From IMG/VR virus record IMGVR_UViG_3300045988_179014, positions 256,001 to 320,000 of that record: a stretch of DNA of 64,000 nt. One strand, 5' to 3'. Under the pieces are notes generated by a model, which made no database searches, had not been told where the DNA came from, and worked only from the letters and a program-made list of their open reading frames with translations. The first letter of the stretch is position 1; the number at the start of each line of letters is the position of its first letter. The stretch is from a virus. A program made the position numbers and the translations under genes. Positions 61,622-64,000 of the stretch are shown piece by piece.

Positions 61622-62721
61622 CTATCCTATATATGAATCCCAGTCCAAATCATAGAGTTCAAGTTTCAACGACAATGGTAATTGAGGGTTCTCCTCTGAA
61701 ATGGAAACAATCATTTCTTGTAGTTCGAAAGAATTGCACAATAAGCTCACAATAGCTCCTTGTTGATTACGAGAATAGTTTTGCAGGTATTGCAGCAATT
61801 CTTCAAAATCTGTACTACCAAGTCTGAGATACCAATAAACCAGTGAACAAAAAGGTTATTGGATGTCCGATACATTTCATCTGTAACCACGAACTTGGTT
61901 CTCTTCATAATCGCACAATAATCATGAATCTCGTTTGATGTCATGGCGCGAACCGACTTGTATACGTTAAATGCTCTTGTTGTAGATGTGAGCCTTATAA
62001 CAAAAGTGTATACAACAATAGGAAGATTCTTCTTAACTCGCTCTAAATGAAGAGAACGAAGGGATTCATGACCTCTGTACCAATCACAGTTTAAGACGGC
62101 TTTAATTTGGTTTGATGTATAGGAGTACACCACTTCTTCTTGTTCTTCTTGTGACATCCATATGAAGATTTTCAGAATACCATCATAGTTGTTCTTTATG
62201 TTGAAATGTTTCTTACCTAGTAGATAGATGTTTGTCCAAGTGTGAGGATTTATGGAATGCACACAAATGTAGTAATTGAAACTCCCCAGAAAAGAACTCA
62301 TTGATTCGTTGCCCCCAATTTTAAACATGAACGGGGTCTGGTGAGAATTTGACAATGACTCTCGTGCCAACCATTCTGGTACATGAATACCATGTTGCCT
62401 AAAAATCAGAAATTGCTCTAAATGAGACACACGTTTTTGAGACTGAACATGGTCACAAATCAACTTCAAAACCTTTATCTCTTCTTCCGATTCAAGGCAT
62501 AGTTGAGATTTGCGTTGATGATGCATTTCATATTGAGTTCTTCTTAATTGGGCAACGTTGTCTCTCAGCGTTGACAACTGTTCTTCTGACAAAACGTCTT
62601 TTGGTAGAACTATGCCACAGGGTATAACCTCAGAATCAAAATCCAAAACTTCACCGTCTAATGTGACAATAATTTGGTTTGAACAGGAAGACTTCAAGTT
62701 AGCATTAAGGTGATTACTCAT
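61622..62721 (-). pseudogene. tandem-array paralog 13, disrupted by a frameshift near 61850-61860
   Basis: The ORF-track product (61747-62721) ends abnormally ('...FVHWFIGISDLVVQILKNCCNTCKTILVINKELL'). The canonical C-terminus 'LVYWYLRLGSTDFEELLQYLQ...LPLSLKLELYDLDWDSYIG*' is encoded in another frame and ends at the TAG at 61622-61624. Confidence 0.6.
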
Positions 62722-63886
62722 AACTATTGGCCTTTAACACAGTTGAAATTCGACGCCTTCGGGAGAAAGAAGATGAGTCCCATTCCAGCCCACTGAGAAC
62801 CAACCTCAAGGACAGTGGCAATTCACGATTCTGCTTTGAAACATCAATAATCGACTTTTTCATTTCTGAAGAATTGCACAACAGCGTTTTTATGAGAGTC
62901 TCCTTTTCGGAATGCTCGCAATTTTGTATATACTGAACCAATTCCTCAAAATCCGTACTGCCCAATTTCAGATAATAGTAAAACAACACACCAAATATTT
63001 CTTCAGGCGTTGTATCAATACTCTCCGGAACGGCAAATTCAGTTCGGTTTAGAATGGATTGGAAGTCATCTGCTTCATCCAACGTCATAGCCATAATAGA
63101 GATTTTAGCGTCGTACACCTTTCTTTTGGAGGAGTACCTTATAATAAATGAGGAACGAACAACTGGGGTATTTGCTCTGACTCGGTCCAGATGTAGATTT
63201 TTGAGAAGGGCGTCATCCAAGTACCATGAACTCCCCATTATTGCCATAATTTGGTCGAATGTATAGTAATTGATTATGGTCTCTTGTTCATCTTGCGTCA
63301 AACAAAGAAACATTCGTAAAATAGCATCATAGTTTATCACCATATTCGGATATTTCTGTACCAACAAATATACGTTTTCCATAGAATATGGATTTATTGA
63401 CATATGGCATACCCAATCCTCAAAATTCTCTATAGGACTAGAACCTGTCGTACTGATTTACACTATGAATGGAACAATGGTGAATGCTCCTTGGTCCCAA
63501 TAATAGTGAAAATCTGACAATGATTGTTTAGTCATTGTCTCAGATAAATATATGCCGTGTTGACGAAGATAAACAAAATATTCCAAATGAATAGCACACT
63601 CTACTAGGAATGGGTGGTCGCAAATCAGGCCTAAGACCTTTACGTCCTCATCGCTAAGTTTTAAATGACGAGTATGTATATGAATTGACCGATGAAATGT
63701 ACCAGGTAATAGTTTTAGGCATCTTGTCAACATAGACAGTTGAGTTTTGGAAAGAGCATTGTTTGGCAGTACTAGACCAGGAATCATCAGTTCCGAGTCA
63801 AAATCTAGGACCTCCCCATCTAACGTGACAATAATTTGACCCGAGCTAGAACTTTTTAACGCTATACTACTTGAATCATGACACAT
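62714..63886 (-). pseudogene. tandem-array paralog 14, interrupted by a single in-frame TAA (63458-63460)
   Basis: The N-part ORF 63458-63886 and C-part ORF 62714-63403 are in the same frame. The 18 codons between them read through as 'ISTTGSSPIENFEDWVCH' and align with the other paralogs. Confidence 0.55.
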
Positions 63887-63917
63887 AGTTACCTCTTAAT
63901 GCAGTTCACAATTGTAT

Positions 63918-64000
63918 TCATAATGTTTGACAAGAAGGATACGAGTTCCAATCCAATCCATTGAGAGCAAATCTCAAGGATAATGGCAATTCACGATTTT
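63918..64000 (-). CDS. tandem-array paralog 15, C-terminal 27 codons only; gene continues beyond the window end
   Basis: The minus-strand frame encodes '...ELPLSLRFALNGLDWNSYPSCQTL*', the family C-terminal tail. Confidence 0.55.
   Translation of the reverse strand, partial: NRELPLSLRFALNGLDWNSYPSCQTL

Noticed and set aside
47145-64000. Considered a CRISPR array, or FHA-domain or SUKH-type immunity proteins, for the tandem repeat region
   Set aside because: The period is ~1.15 kb of protein-coding sequence, not 30-40 bp repeats. No FHA signature (GR...SR.H...NGT) is present. SUKH/Imm proteins are far smaller (~150-200 aa).

Overview
This is a 64 kb, roughly 40% GC (estimated by eye) bacterial chromosomal segment. 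Nearly every gene is on the minus strand; only recN and nucS are on the plus strand. NucS/EndoMS, an actinobacterial-style RecN N-terminus, a DUF3039-like protein and an M50 RseP-type protease suggest a low-GC Actinobacteria-like organism, but this is inference only. The window holds four blocks. (1) Positions 277-18000 carry a Ter-family (tellurite-resistance-like) stress-response supercluster: three TerD paralogs, a TerC/DUF475 membrane protein, TelA, and an attached biosynthetic module (two PRTase-like proteins, an HpcH/CitE-like lyase, a HAD phosphatase, an ATP-grasp enzyme, an adenylosuccinate-synthetase-like paralog, and a TerY-like vWA protein beside a kinase-like protein). (2) Positions 18-27 kb are housekeeping: a PARP-like ADP-ribosyltransferase candidate, RecN, a dCMP-deaminase-family gene, NrdF, NucS. 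(3) Positions 27.6-32 kb carry a two-ORF helicase/methyltransferase restriction system with a Type ISP-like architecture. A T5orf172/GIY-YIG-like nuclease, an SF2 helicase and MTase motif I sit in ORF1; MTase motif IV (NPPY) and a putative target-recognition region sit in ORF2; the two ORFs are joined by an ATGA overlap. This block is followed by unknown genes, TrxB, NrdI, RseP and a SAM methyltransferase. (4) The most striking feature starts at 43.5 kb. A membrane-anchored Ser/Thr kinase, a secreted M23 peptidase and a PP2C phosphatase are followed by an uninterrupted tandem array of at least 15 paralogous ~360-420 aa genes (47.1 kb to beyond the window end). I could not assign this family to any known family. 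Its members share an N-terminal beta-rich module, a conserved 'LICDH'/'RQHGIYV'/'NPY-LENL'/'LHLERVKKNLPI'/'YLYLKLGS--FEELL' core and a C-terminal 'ELPLSLKLELSDLDW' tail. The array also shows a recent two-gene segmental duplication and two decayed copies. Three copies of a ~144 bp terminator-containing intergenic repeat with compensatory stem substitutions are also present. No rRNA, tRNA or CRISPR array was recognised.
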